Assembly (NCBI GenBank): GCA_938083505.1
Contig: CALKCF010000004.1
Coordinates: forward strand, 93,630 to 157,629
Reading direction: 5' to 3'
DNA length: 64,000 bases
From: an uncultured archaeon
GTDB lineage: Archaea; Thermoproteota; Nitrososphaeria_A; Caldarchaeales; Wolframiiraptoraceae
The position numbers and the translations under genes were made by a program. Below the pieces are notes generated by a model that saw nothing but the letters and a program-made list of their open reading frames with translations, was not told the DNA's origin and did not search any database. Shown here in pieces: positions 1 to 9,191 of this stretch. Every line of letters starts with the position of its first letter. The stretch's first letter is position 1.

Positions 1-94
1 CGCCTGCCTTCTTACCTAGCCTGAAGATAGCAGGAGCGAACACGGAGCCAACAATAGGTATCAACCACGAAAGCCATGCTGCGAACGGCAACAT
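1..94 (-). CDS. N-terminal fragment of a membrane protein, possibly NuoL/M-like proton-translocating subunit (runs off the window)
   Basis: ATG at 94 opens MLPFAAWLSWLIPIVGSVFAPAIFRLGKKAG with no stop before the window edge; hydrophobic; AT-rich promoter-like region upstream. Confidence 0.4.
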   Translation of the reverse strand, partial: MLPFAAWLSWLIPIVGSVFAPAIFRLGKKAG

Positions 95-205
95 GTTAAA
101 AATAGAACTTTTTGGCAATCATTTAAACGTTGAGCTAAATATGGATTCCTCGCACTAATTGTCGTTAATAGATATGGATTTATAGGGTTATTTACATCAT
201 AATGG

Positions 206-508
206 TTGGTGGTTAAGCTGGAGCTCGTGTTAAAAGTAAGCTCAGAAAATGTCGATAAAGCAAGAAACGTCTTGTTAAGCGACGAGATCGTGTCGAGGGC
301 CAATGTTCTGTTTAGAGATGCAAAGATAATAGGAGAAGAAGGCTACTACGTTCGAATAATAGGAACTGACGAACAGTGTTATAGGGCTTTGGAGCTAGCT
401 AGAGATTTTGCGAAAGAGGTTAAAAGTGAAGAGAGGGAGAGGGTGCTTTCGAAGTTCGAGGAAGAAGGCGAAGCTGCACTTGAAGGATTTGGAAGAATTT
501 TTAGATAA
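206..508 (+). CDS. Conserved-looking archaeal hypothetical protein
   Basis: 100-aa ORF with typical composition; acidic C-terminus ending AALEGFGRIFR. Confidence 0.7.
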   Translation: MVVKLELVLKVSSENVDKARNVLLSDEIVSRANVLFRDAKIIGEEGYYVRIIGTDEQCYRALELARDFAKEVKSEERERVLSKFEEEGEAALEGFGRIFR

Positions 509-598
509 TTAACCCAACTTTATCGGAAACGTTGGGTGATGTTTAAATATTTTTTAAATTTACTACATAATAACTAAGACGTATTTAACGGTGGTCGC

Positions 599-2188
599 AT
601 GGGTAGGCGGATAGTTCTAACTTGTGATAGAACATTGACAAGTGAGTATAGGCATGTACCGCTTTTGGATTTCCTCCCATGCGCGCCCTCAGAAAAAGTT
701 CCTGAGTTTCTCTTCAAATTTTTAGCACCCCAAATACCGGCTGTGGATGGTGTGCTGCCCTATGCACCTTATGGTCTTAGGAAGATTGAAGCATCTTTGC
801 GTAGGGATTATAGCGAGAAGGACGTAGTAGTTGCACACCCAGATTACGTTGAAAATTTCATCGGTGAGGAAACGAAGGTTGTTGGAATATACGAGATGGA
901 CCCACTCGGCTTAGGTCCTTTAAGCCTCGCATTTACGACTGGAAAATTTACGTCGTTCTCAAAGAAATACTTTGTAGAACTTATTAACAAACTTAACACA
1001 ATTAGGAAGTCTTATGGCTTTAAGTTCAAAATTGTCGTGGGAGGTCCTGGCGCGTGGTATCTTGATGTAAGACCTCAGATAAGGAAGGAGCTGAACATAG
1101 ACCACATAGTGATAGGTGAGGCTGACCACGTTGCGCCGATTTTATTCCACGAGTTTGAGGAGGGCGATCCGCCGGAGACCATAAAGATTACGAATCCGCC
1201 AAGGTTGGAAGACATACCATTGATAGTTAATCCGAGCATACATGGCCTCGTGGAGGTCATGAGGGGTTGCGGTAGAAATTGCCAGTTCTGCGACCCGACG
1301 CTGAGGGTTGCGAGGTATGTACCGGTAGAGAACGTACTAGAAGAGATCAAAGTTAACACGAAGCACGAAATCCATAATGCATGGACTCATAGTGAAGACA
1401 TCTTCCTGTATAAGGTTGAAGATAAGAAGAATTTCTATCCAAATAGGGACGCACTCATCGAACTCTTCTCAGCGGTGATGTCAACCCCAGGTATAAGGCA
1501 CAGCAACCCGACACACGGGACCGTAGCGCCTGCGGCCGCCGACCCGTTACTCATACATCAGCTCTCTAAGATATTGAGAAGTTCACCAGAACATTGGATA
1601 GGCATACAGTGCGGAATGGAGACAGGCTCCGGAACTCTGCTTGCTAGGTACATGCCGTTGAAGGCTAAGCCCTTTAACCCTGAAGAATGGCCAGAAGTTG
1701 TGATAAATGGAACGGCGGTCTTCAACATGAATTATTGGTTTCCGGGCTACACGTTGCTGATAGGGCTTCCGACAGAGACCGACGACGATTTATGGGACAC
1801 CGTAAGGTTGCTGGATGCAATGGAAATTATTCTGCCCGAGAAGATAGGCGAGAAGGCTCATTTCACAGCTACACCGCTCTTCTTCGTACCTATGGGTGTA
1901 TTGAGCGGTGAGGAGTTCTTCGACGCGAGTAAGCTGACAGAGGCGCAGATGTGTGTTATATACAGAGCATGGAGACACATACTCATAGAGCTGAATAGAC
2001 TCCCGACTCGGATGATAAGGCTGAACCCGTTACTGAAGCTAGCGTTCAATATAATAGCGCACTTCGGTGCCAACTTAGTAGTAAAGGTCATAGAGAAGTC
2101 TGCGAAGTCTATGGGTTATGACGTCTCGAAGGCTCTGAGAGTCAGCCCGATAGAGGTAAAGATCAGCCTGCCCCAGACCCCAGCTTAG
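599..2188 (+). CDS. B12-binding radical SAM protein (resembles the Grs/Gms/Gmm tetraether-lipid-modifying clade)
   Basis: CGRNCQFC CxxxCxxC motif; N-terminal cobalamin-binding-like region (PYGLRKIEA, DPLGLGP, VGGPGAW, IGEAD). Confidence 0.8.
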   Translation: MGRRIVLTCDRTLTSEYRHVPLLDFLPCAPSEKVPEFLFKFLAPQIPAVDGVLPYAPYGLRKIEASLRRDYSEKDVVVAHPDYVENFIGEETKVVGIYEMDPLGLGPLSLAFTTGKFTSFSKKYFVELINKLNTIRKSYGFKFKIVVGGPGAWYLDVRPQIRKELNIDHIVIGEADHVAPILFHEFEEGDPPETIKITNPPRLEDIPLIVNPSIHGLVEVMRGCGRNCQFCDPTLRVARYVPVENVLEEIKVNTKHEIHNAWTHSEDIFLYKVEDKKNFYPNRDALIELFSAVMSTPGIRHSNPTHGTVAPAAADPLLIHQLSKILRSSPEHWIGIQCGMETGSGTLLARYMPLKAKPFNPEEWPEVVINGTAVFNMNYWFPGYTLLIGLPTETDDDLWDTVRLLDAMEIILPEKIGEKAHFTATPLFFVPMGVLSGEEFFDASKLTEAQMCVIYRAWRHILIELNRLPTRMIRLNPLLKLAFNIIAHFGANLVVKVIEKSAKSMGYDVSKALRVSPIEVKISLPQTPA

Positions 2189-2243
2189 ATGCAAAAAATT
2201 CAATAAGCCCTATGTTGTATAAATATACTGGCCGGGGTAAAAG

Positions 2244-2333
2244 GCCGGGGTTGGCGAAAAGCCACCGAAGGCCGAGCAGCTAGGCGGCGGCCTGCAGAGC
2301 CGCTCCACTCGGGTGCAAATCCCGACCCCGGCT
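2244..2333 (+). tRNA. tRNA-Cys(GCA) with a putative 18-nt intron (2252-2269) at position 8/9
   Basis: Acceptor GCCGGGG/CCCCGGC plus U73; anticodon arm GCGGC-CTGCAGA-GCCGC; T arm TCGGG-TGCAAAT-CCCGA; removing 2252-2269 gives a 72-nt cloverleaf; TATAAATA at 2218-2225. Confidence 0.85.
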
Positions 2334-2459
2334 TTATATATAATGAATACGTCGTGCAAATTCTGCGACTCAGTACAACTTTGAACAAACTCTGGTTAAA
2401 TTTAATAAATGACGGTATGGTCCTATGCCTCAAACGTTTAGCTTTTTTGCATACAATTG

Positions 2460-4295
2460 TTATGGAGTCTTTCGTCCCTCATTTGAAGATGATGCTTCTT
2501 CATCTTTTCTTTTTAGGCGTTGTCCATCTTGAACGCTCCTTATGAAAGTTATGACCTCATGAAATTTGTAAGGCAGATATAACAGAGGTATTCCGGGTCC
2601 TCGAAGGACGAATCCTATTCTTGCTTGGACCGCGAATATTATCAAAGCTATCAAAAATGGGATTATAGGGAGAATTTCCAAGAATATTTTCAGAAATGGA
2701 GATTGCAAGAATGCCTCTGGAAAGATATAACGCATGAACTCTTCAACTCTGGAGATGAAATTTTCTGAAAATACTGGTCTTAAACTTGGCCCAATAATAA
2801 GGAGTAGGGAAATGATCAACCCCGTCACAAGTGTTTTCCACGTATACCTTCGTAAGTACTCTATTGAAGAGATATTTGTGTAAGGGATTTCGATGACTTT
2901 TTTAGAAACAACACCTTTCTTGATGAAAAGTCTTCGTTCTGTAGCTATCACCCCCCAACTCCCTGATGACCAGCTTTTCAAAATGCATTCCGGCTCGGCC
3001 AGAGTAACGCGAACCTCGCTTGGGATCTTGATTAAGCCCCCTTCTTTAATTAACTCTTCGGTTATAGCTTTATCAAGCTCCATAATCAGATTTGACATGG
3101 TTAGGCTAGCTGCCCTTTTTTTGCTGTTTGATGAAAGTTTATTCCAAAGGATCGGGTCATCGACTAGTTTAATAATAGCGGCCGCAGCCCCTTCTATATC
3201 ATCCGGTCCGTTTACATGAATGCCTTCTACTTCGTTTCGAATAAGCCATGCCTGGCCTCCAACTGCTGAGGTGATTACTGGAACACCAAAATACATGAAT
3301 TCAAGTTGAGTCAACCCCAGCGCTTCTAGACGGCTCAAGATGATATTAATGTAAGAAGCTTTGATAAGTAGCACTTTATCCTTTTCACTTACCTCACCAA
3401 GGTAAGTAACATTCGGTAGACTGTTGGCTATTTTAATGACTTCTTTGGCGTAAGGTGAATCACCTCTTCCAGCTATGATGAAGTGTATGTCTCTTCTTTC
3501 TTGAAGCTTTTTAGCTACCTTTAAGACCGCCATAGGGTTCTTACGCTCCTCGATTGTTCCAAGGTAGGATACTATTTTTGTCCCTTCTTCAATTTTAAGT
3601 TGTTCAAGAAAGCTTTTAACATCAACATTCGCATAACACAACAGCATTTCTTCATCAACACCACCCGGAAATAGGAAGCATTTTTTAGCTTTAGCACCCA
3701 TCTTAACCATGGTCTCCTTTTCTAAGGGCGTTACGACGAGGAGAAGGTTAGCAGTTGAAAAGATCTGTGGAAATACAAGTTTGTTCCAAGCGATTCTAAA
3801 GCATCGTTCAATCAAGGAGTATCTTTTGGGTGAGGGCTCTTGGAAATGAGACATGTGACAGAATACAAGAGGATCTTGGTATCTGCCTATGCTCTTCATT
3901 TCGCGCCGCCATCCTATAAATTTGGTAACTTCTTCCGGGCCGTTCCACAGAGTGCTGTGAGTGATGAGGACATTAAGTTGGAATTTATCAACAATTTTTT
4001 CTAATGTAGAAATAAAATCTCTAAAGAATATGCGTCGAGGGGGCCATCTTCCAATATAACTATCTACTCGTATTACAGGTATGCCAAGTTCTTTATCCTC
4101 CACGTATAAGTATCCTCCAATTTTCTTCACATTCTCTGACGAAACCACTTCCTTTCCATCATGATAAACGCTGGTGATAAGATATGCTTTGTAACCAAGT
4201 TTAATGAACTCACGTACCATTCTCTGAGCAACTAACTCTTGTCCTTTGCTCTTACTTGTCTGATACATTATAACTCCTATTCGTTTGTTTAACAT
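2460..4295 (-). CDS. GT4-family glycosyltransferase with a C-terminal PH-like/transmembrane extension
   Basis: GT-B motifs (YLGTIEERKNP; EALGLTQLEFMYFGVPVITS); two hydrophobic helices near the C-terminus. Confidence 0.85.
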   Translation of the reverse strand: MLNKRIGVIMYQTSKSKGQELVAQRMVREFIKLGYKAYLITSVYHDGKEVVSSENVKKIGGYLYVEDKELGIPVIRVDSYIGRWPPRRIFFRDFISTLEKIVDKFQLNVLITHSTLWNGPEEVTKFIGWRREMKSIGRYQDPLVFCHMSHFQEPSPKRYSLIERCFRIAWNKLVFPQIFSTANLLLVVTPLEKETMVKMGAKAKKCFLFPGGVDEEMLLCYANVDVKSFLEQLKIEEGTKIVSYLGTIEERKNPMAVLKVAKKLQERRDIHFIIAGRGDSPYAKEVIKIANSLPNVTYLGEVSEKDKVLLIKASYINIILSRLEALGLTQLEFMYFGVPVITSAVGGQAWLIRNEVEGIHVNGPDDIEGAAAAIIKLVDDPILWNKLSSNSKKRAASLTMSNLIMELDKAITEELIKEGGLIKIPSEVRVTLAEPECILKSWSSGSWGVIATERRLFIKKGVVSKKVIEIPYTNISSIEYLRRYTWKTLVTGLIISLLLIIGPSLRPVFSENFISRVEEFMRYIFPEAFLQSPFLKIFLEILPIIPFLIALIIFAVQARIGFVLRGPGIPLLYLPYKFHEVITFIRSVQDGQRLKRKDEEASSSNEGRKTP

Positions 4296-4371
4296 ACTTC
4301 AGAACACTCCAAAAATTCTTACAATTTTTATATATTTCAAAATATTTAAAGCTAGAATCTGTATGCTAGCT

Positions 4372-5187
4372 TCATCGGATGTATCGGCGTAAAATAGGGG
4401 CAATTTTTGGGCTAAAGCGAAAACAGTTTTCTAAGAGATTTTGGAGAAACATAGTCACGTCTTCAAATTTTATAAAGTAGTCACAAACAAGATCATCTGG
4501 TGTTTCTTTGTGTATCACCCCAACAGCAATATCCGCTACCTCGAAGGCTGGATTGTCAACGATCGAATCACCCATGTATAAAATACCATTACGTAAACCA
4601 AGTCTCTGCTTCAGTTCTAACAAAGCATTACCCTTGTTAATGGGACATGGAAAAATGTCAAAAAAAGGTTGGCCCTCATATCTAATCAAGGATACCGACA
4701 ATGTTTCGCAGTAAGAAATTATCTTCGAGACAAACTCTTCTGCCCTATGTCTATCTACGCTCTGTCGCCAGTCGACAGAAAAAGCCACAACAACTCCATC
4801 AGAATCTCGCTTCTCTTCAATCACCAAGTCATTGCCAGAAAAACTCTTCGCATATTCTAACGCTGCAGTTATGTATTGCATCATTTTTCTTAAGCATGGT
4901 GCCCTAGTCACTACATTGCCTATCTTGATTTCCAAACCTCCTAAACAAGCCCAAGCATGAGCAAAGGGTGTTCTCTCAACTACAAACATAAGATCCTTAG
5001 TAGTTATCACAGCTACAGGTATTTTGCGGCTTATTTCGTAAAGAATCGCCATGTTTTCCGAAGACACTTTAGATTCTGATCTAGGAACATCCAACGGACT
5101 TATTGTCCCGTCATAGTCTAAGAACAATGCACGCACTTCAATTTCAGTCTGATGGTCTTTACGATGGTTACTCTTGCCTCTTTTCAT
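4372..5187 (-). CDS. HAD-IIB phosphatase, trehalose-6-phosphate phosphatase-like
   Basis: FLDYDGTI motif I, NKGNAL, YMGDSIVDNPAF motif IV; start probably ATG 5187 rather than 5313. Confidence 0.8.
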   Translation of the reverse strand: MKRGKSNHRKDHQTEIEVRALFLDYDGTISPLDVPRSESKVSSENMAILYEISRKIPVAVITTKDLMFVVERTPFAHAWACLGGLEIKIGNVVTRAPCLRKMMQYITAALEYAKSFSGNDLVIEEKRDSDGVVVAFSVDWRQSVDRHRAEEFVSKIISYCETLSVSLIRYEGQPFFDIFPCPINKGNALLELKQRLGLRNGILYMGDSIVDNPAFEVADIAVGVIHKETPDDLVCDYFIKFEDVTMFLQNLLENCFRFSPKIAPILRRYIR

Positions 5188-5431
5188 GAGAACATTCACC
5201 TTTTTGTAACCTTCTCTGTAGAATAAAACTAAAAAGCTTTTGCGTAAGTAGCCGTGCTTTGTTGTCATAAGCATTATGGATAGTACACATTTTCCAACAC
5301 AAATTCTATGCATTTCTCTAAGTCGTTTTTAATCGTTTTCTTTGCATCCTTTTGGAAAGTTACCTCTTAAAAGTTAATTTTCGCGGCATTTTCAACTTCG
5401 ACTTATAAAAAAGCAACTCTTCTGAAGTTAT

Positions 5432-6508
5432 ATGGTTATGGACGAGCAGTTGAGGTATCCGATTGCCAGGTTCCAAGAGAAAGCAAATACAATAGTAAGA
5501 TGTATGGCTTGCATGAGGTTTTGTAAAGTAAGAGAAGGTGGCAAGGGGATATGCGGCAACTATGCTAACATGGGTGGCAGGCTTCTAAACATGGGCTACG
5601 GACTCTTAAGCTCAGTTGAGAGCAGACCTATAGAAATAAAGCCATTATTTCACTACTGGCCCGGCTCTTCCGCTCTTACCTTCTCGAACTGGGGCTGTAA
5701 CTTTTACTGTCCCTGGTGCCAAAATCACAGCATCAGTTTTAGCAGACCTCCAACAGATCCTAACATCAGATATTCTCCGGAAGAGTTAGTAGGTATGGCG
5801 AAAGCGTTTGGTGATGAAGGTCTTTGCGCTAGCTTTAATGAACCCGCTACTCAAGTCGACTTTCTTTTAGATACATTCTCCCTCGGTAGCAAGGAGGGGC
5901 TCTACTCGACAGTAGTCACAAATGGGTACTTCAGTCGCACATCATTGAAGGCCGTACTTGAATCAGGATGCGACGGTCTCTCTATAGATATTAAAGGTTG
6001 TCCCAAGGCCCATTTCAGGATTTTGAAAGGTATCGACCCCAATGCTGTCCTGAGTAATGCAAAGTATGCAATCAACCTTGGCGCACATGTGGAGATGGTC
6101 TTTCTCATGGTCCCTGGGTTTAACGATGATGAGGATTGTGTAAGATGGGTCGTGGAGAAGCATGTATCTATACTCGGAGAAGATGTCCCATTACACATCA
6201 ACAGGTACTACCCTGCTCATAAGTACACCGCACCACCTACGTCTGTTGAGAAATTGTTAACCGCAAAGAAAATAGCTCAGGATTCTGGTGTGAAGTTCGT
6301 CTATGTAGGAAACGTTGGTTTGCCAGGGCTTGAGAATACGTACTGTCCTACATGCGGAAAGCTCCTAATAGCCAGGAGCGGTTATGAAGTTGTCGCATAT
6401 AATTTAGGTAAAGATAACAGATGTTCTAAATGCAACACTGCCATACTGTTAAGAGGTAGATATGTAAAGAAAGATAAGAGATGGCGTGTTTATTCTAGAT
6501 TCAATTAA
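5432..6508 (+). CDS. amrS: AmmeMemoRadiSam-system radical SAM enzyme (AmrS-like)
   Basis: CxxCxxxC N-terminus, PIEIKPLFHYWPG, GCNFYCPWCQN, C-terminal CPTC...CSKC. Confidence 0.85.
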   Translation: MVMDEQLRYPIARFQEKANTIVRCMACMRFCKVREGGKGICGNYANMGGRLLNMGYGLLSSVESRPIEIKPLFHYWPGSSALTFSNWGCNFYCPWCQNHSISFSRPPTDPNIRYSPEELVGMAKAFGDEGLCASFNEPATQVDFLLDTFSLGSKEGLYSTVVTNGYFSRTSLKAVLESGCDGLSIDIKGCPKAHFRILKGIDPNAVLSNAKYAINLGAHVEMVFLMVPGFNDDEDCVRWVVEKHVSILGEDVPLHINRYYPAHKYTAPPTSVEKLLTAKKIAQDSGVKFVYVGNVGLPGLENTYCPTCGKLLIARSGYEVVAYNLGKDNRCSKCNTAILLRGRYVKKDKRWRVYSRFN

Positions 6509-6543
6509 ATGTACATTTTAGGAGCAACATATAAAGTCCATAT

Positions 6544-7008
6544 ATGGTGAACGTCTTGTCTTCACAAAAGTTGCTTCTCATACTCCCATCTTATCTGCTA
6601 TGGTTCGTGGTGTTCAGGATGGATTTTCTAAATTTCTGGGCTAGGATGCTCCTAGCAGTCTCATTACTCATTTTGATAGCTTTCATAGGAAGATCTGAGC
6701 TATTAAAATCATGTCCACGTTTCCAAGCGTTTACGATGCTACTCGGTGTAATATTGGGGTTCTTGCTTTACTGGTTGCTTTATTTTGGATACGTAGTTTT
6801 TGAGCCGTTTATAACAAAGGGTGCAGAAGAGATTTATGCGTTAAGATACGAAGCACCACTAACATTCATAGCTCTATCGCTTATCTTTACAAGTTTTGGA
6901 GAAGAGGGTTTACTGGAGAGGGTTCATACAGCGCGAGCTTCAAAAAAGGTTGGGAGATATGAAGGTAAAGATTTTTCCTTCCACAAAATTGGTTGGTCAT
7001 GGGTCTAA
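6544..7008 (+). pseudogene. CPBP/Abi (CAAX) intramembrane protease, frameshifted and truncated
   Basis: An extra G near 6906 breaks the GEE-VYWRGFIQ motif (EExxxR continues in another frame); C-terminal half is absent. Confidence 0.65.
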
Positions 7009-7891
7009 AAATCTGGTTTCTAGCCACTAGGCCTTGGTCATTCATGATGACAATAATCTCAGTAGGGTTGGCTGGCTCCCTTGCTTGGAGGATCGGCTCT
7101 TTTGAGCCTTTATGCTTCTTGCTTACACTTTTTGGCTTAATAGCTTTCCATGCGGCAAGTAATATGCTAAACGATTATTACAACGTGAAACATATGGTTG
7201 ACAAGCATGATGACCTACCACTAGATACAGGCCACACCCCTTAGTATCGGGTCTAATAGATGTTAGGTCGTTCCAAATTACCATCGTGTTCTTGTACGCA
7301 ATCGTGCTAAGTATCGCGACGTATCTTTCATCAATAAGAGGGGCTATTGTTTTAATATTTACCGTGGCTTGTTTGTTCTTCAGCTATTTCTACACGGCCG
7401 ACCCGATTCCGTCTTCATAATGTGGGGGCCCCCTAATGGTAGGTGGAACCTACTTCGTCCTAACTGGAAAAGTGGATGTCCTATCGATAATCGCATCCTT
7501 GCCTATAGGTGTGCTTGTTATGGCGGTTCTTTTCGCGAACAACATGCGTGACGTAGATTACGATAAGGCAGTCAATATCACTACTCTGCCGATAATCCTA
7601 GGAAGAGAGCGATCTCTAAGGTTCTTTCAATACTCGCTCCTTTCTGCTTATTTGATACTCTTTGCGCTAGTAGCGTCTGATGTGCTTCTTCCAACAGCAC
7701 TCCTCGTAATATTGAGCATACCAAATGCGGTAAGGTTGGTCAGAACTTTTAAACGTGGCATACCCGATACCGCAGACCCGCTAACGGCACAGCTTGCGTT
7801 TCACTTTGGTCTTTTAATGGTAGCAGGGATACTCATAGGAACCTTTTTAGAAATGTTTGGCATGAAAATTCCCGTTTTCTTTTCAGAATGA
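6999..7891 (+). pseudogene. UbiA/MenA-family prenyltransferase, fragmented
   Basis: RPWSF and NDYY motifs; frameshift near 7213 (PTTRYRPHPLVSG resumes in another frame); second break near 7405; ANNMRDVDYD motif in the last fragment. Confidence 0.8.
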
Positions 7892-7912
7892 TTATGACTA
7901 TTGGTTGCATAT

Positions 7913-7974
7913 TAGGGTCAGCTCGGCTCTTCCGACATCATAAGCTCAGTCTGGGACGGCTGCCTCATCCCCTA
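7913..7974 (-). ncRNA. C/D-box sRNA
   Basis: Terminal stem TAGGG/CCCTA; C-like GGATGA, D' CTGA, C' ATGATG, D CTGA; D guide CGGAAGAGCCGAG. Confidence 0.75.
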
Positions 7975-8028
7975 CAAAGATTAATGTATAAATGGCTTTA
8001 TATCCTTTCAATCTTAGTTAAGGTGGCC

Positions 8029-8514
8029 TTGAAGTGGTTATGGGCTCCATGGCGCATGGCTTATATAAGCTCTGGCGGGCCTAAAGCGTGCATTTTCTGC
8101 ACAAAAGTTGAATCTTCAAAAGATAGGGAGAACCTAGTCCTATTCAGGGGTAAGAAGTGTTTTGTGCTGATGAACCTTTATCCATACAACACCGGCCACC
8201 TTATGGTGGCACCTTATAGGCATGTAGGCAACTTAACGGAGCTTGATATGGATGAGCGGGGCGAATTAATGGAGCTGATAGTAAAATCTATAGCAATTTT
8301 GCAGAACGTCCTAAATCCTGATGGTTTTAATGTAGGCATAAACTTAGGAAGAGTCGCGGGCGCTGGTATTGAGGGGCACGTTCATTTCCACGTCGTTCCA
8401 CGGTGGTCTGGCGACACGAACTTCATGACCGTTGTTGGTGATGTGAAGGTGATGCCTGAGTTGCTGAGTGACACCTATGAAAAACTCGTGATTCATTTCT
8501 CTAAAGGTATGTAG
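8029..8514 (+). CDS. HIT-family nucleotide hydrolase (Ap4A phosphorylase-like)
   Basis: LWAPWR, CIFC, HVHFHVVPR histidine triad; TTG start after AGGTG RBS. Confidence 0.9.
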   Translation: MKWLWAPWRMAYISSGGPKACIFCTKVESSKDRENLVLFRGKKCFVLMNLYPYNTGHLMVAPYRHVGNLTELDMDERGELMELIVKSIAILQNVLNPDGFNVGINLGRVAGAGIEGHVHFHVVPRWSGDTNFMTVVGDVKVMPELLSDTYEKLVIHFSKGM

Positions 8515-8540
8515 TCATGGCTCAGGTGTTTTAGTTTTAA

Positions 8541-9191
8541 ATGAGAAAGTTTAAGACCATAATATTTGACATTAACTCGACAATATGTGACAACACTAAA
8601 AGAAAGAGGAAAGCAATCGAACTTGCAATGAATATCACGATTCCTGATGAATTTTACTCACGTATAAAGAAACGAGACTTTCCGTACATCATAAAGATGC
8701 TTGGGTTCGAACCTAACAGCGAAATCATCAAGAATGTTGAGAAACACTTTCTTGAGGGCGAGGCGCTTTACATACTGGACAGGCCAGTAAAGAACGCAGT
8801 CGAGATTCTTAACGCTTTAGCATCAACTTATAAGATAGGTTACGTGACAGGTAGGCCGAAAGAGCAGTTGGCACTAGATTTCCTGAAAAGATACAAATTT
8901 CCCTTAGGCCCAGTGATTGCAAAAAGAATAAGTAGTGGTGAAGGTATGAAAAAAGTGGAGATGTTTAAGGAGATGTTCAAAAGACTTGATACAACACCAT
9001 CGGAAACAGTATCTGTTGGTGACATGCCCGAAGATGCTCTTGCCTCAAAAGCTGTAAGTATGTTATCTGTAGGCATCGCAGAGTTTTCAACAGTCGATGT
9101 CAACATCATGAGAAATAATTTTGACTACGTGATTGAGAAAGTAAGCGACCTTCCTAAACTCCTTGCGAATCTAGAAGGATACGATCTTTGA
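8541..9191 (+). CDS. HAD-family hydrolase with degenerate motif I
   Basis: IIFDINSTI, VTGR, VGDMPED. Confidence 0.75.
   Translation: MRKFKTIIFDINSTICDNTKRKRKAIELAMNITIPDEFYSRIKKRDFPYIIKMLGFEPNSEIIKNVEKHFLEGEALYILDRPVKNAVEILNALASTYKIGYVTGRPKEQLALDFLKRYKFPLGPVIAKRISSGEGMKKVEMFKEMFKRLDTTPSETVSVGDMPEDALASKAVSMLSVGIAEFSTVDVNIMRNNFDYVIEKVSDLPKLLANLEGYDL

Noticed and set aside
7888-8028. N-terminal extension of the HIT protein
   Set aside because: Family homology starts at LWAPWR after an RBS; the region holds an antisense C/D sRNA and the promoter
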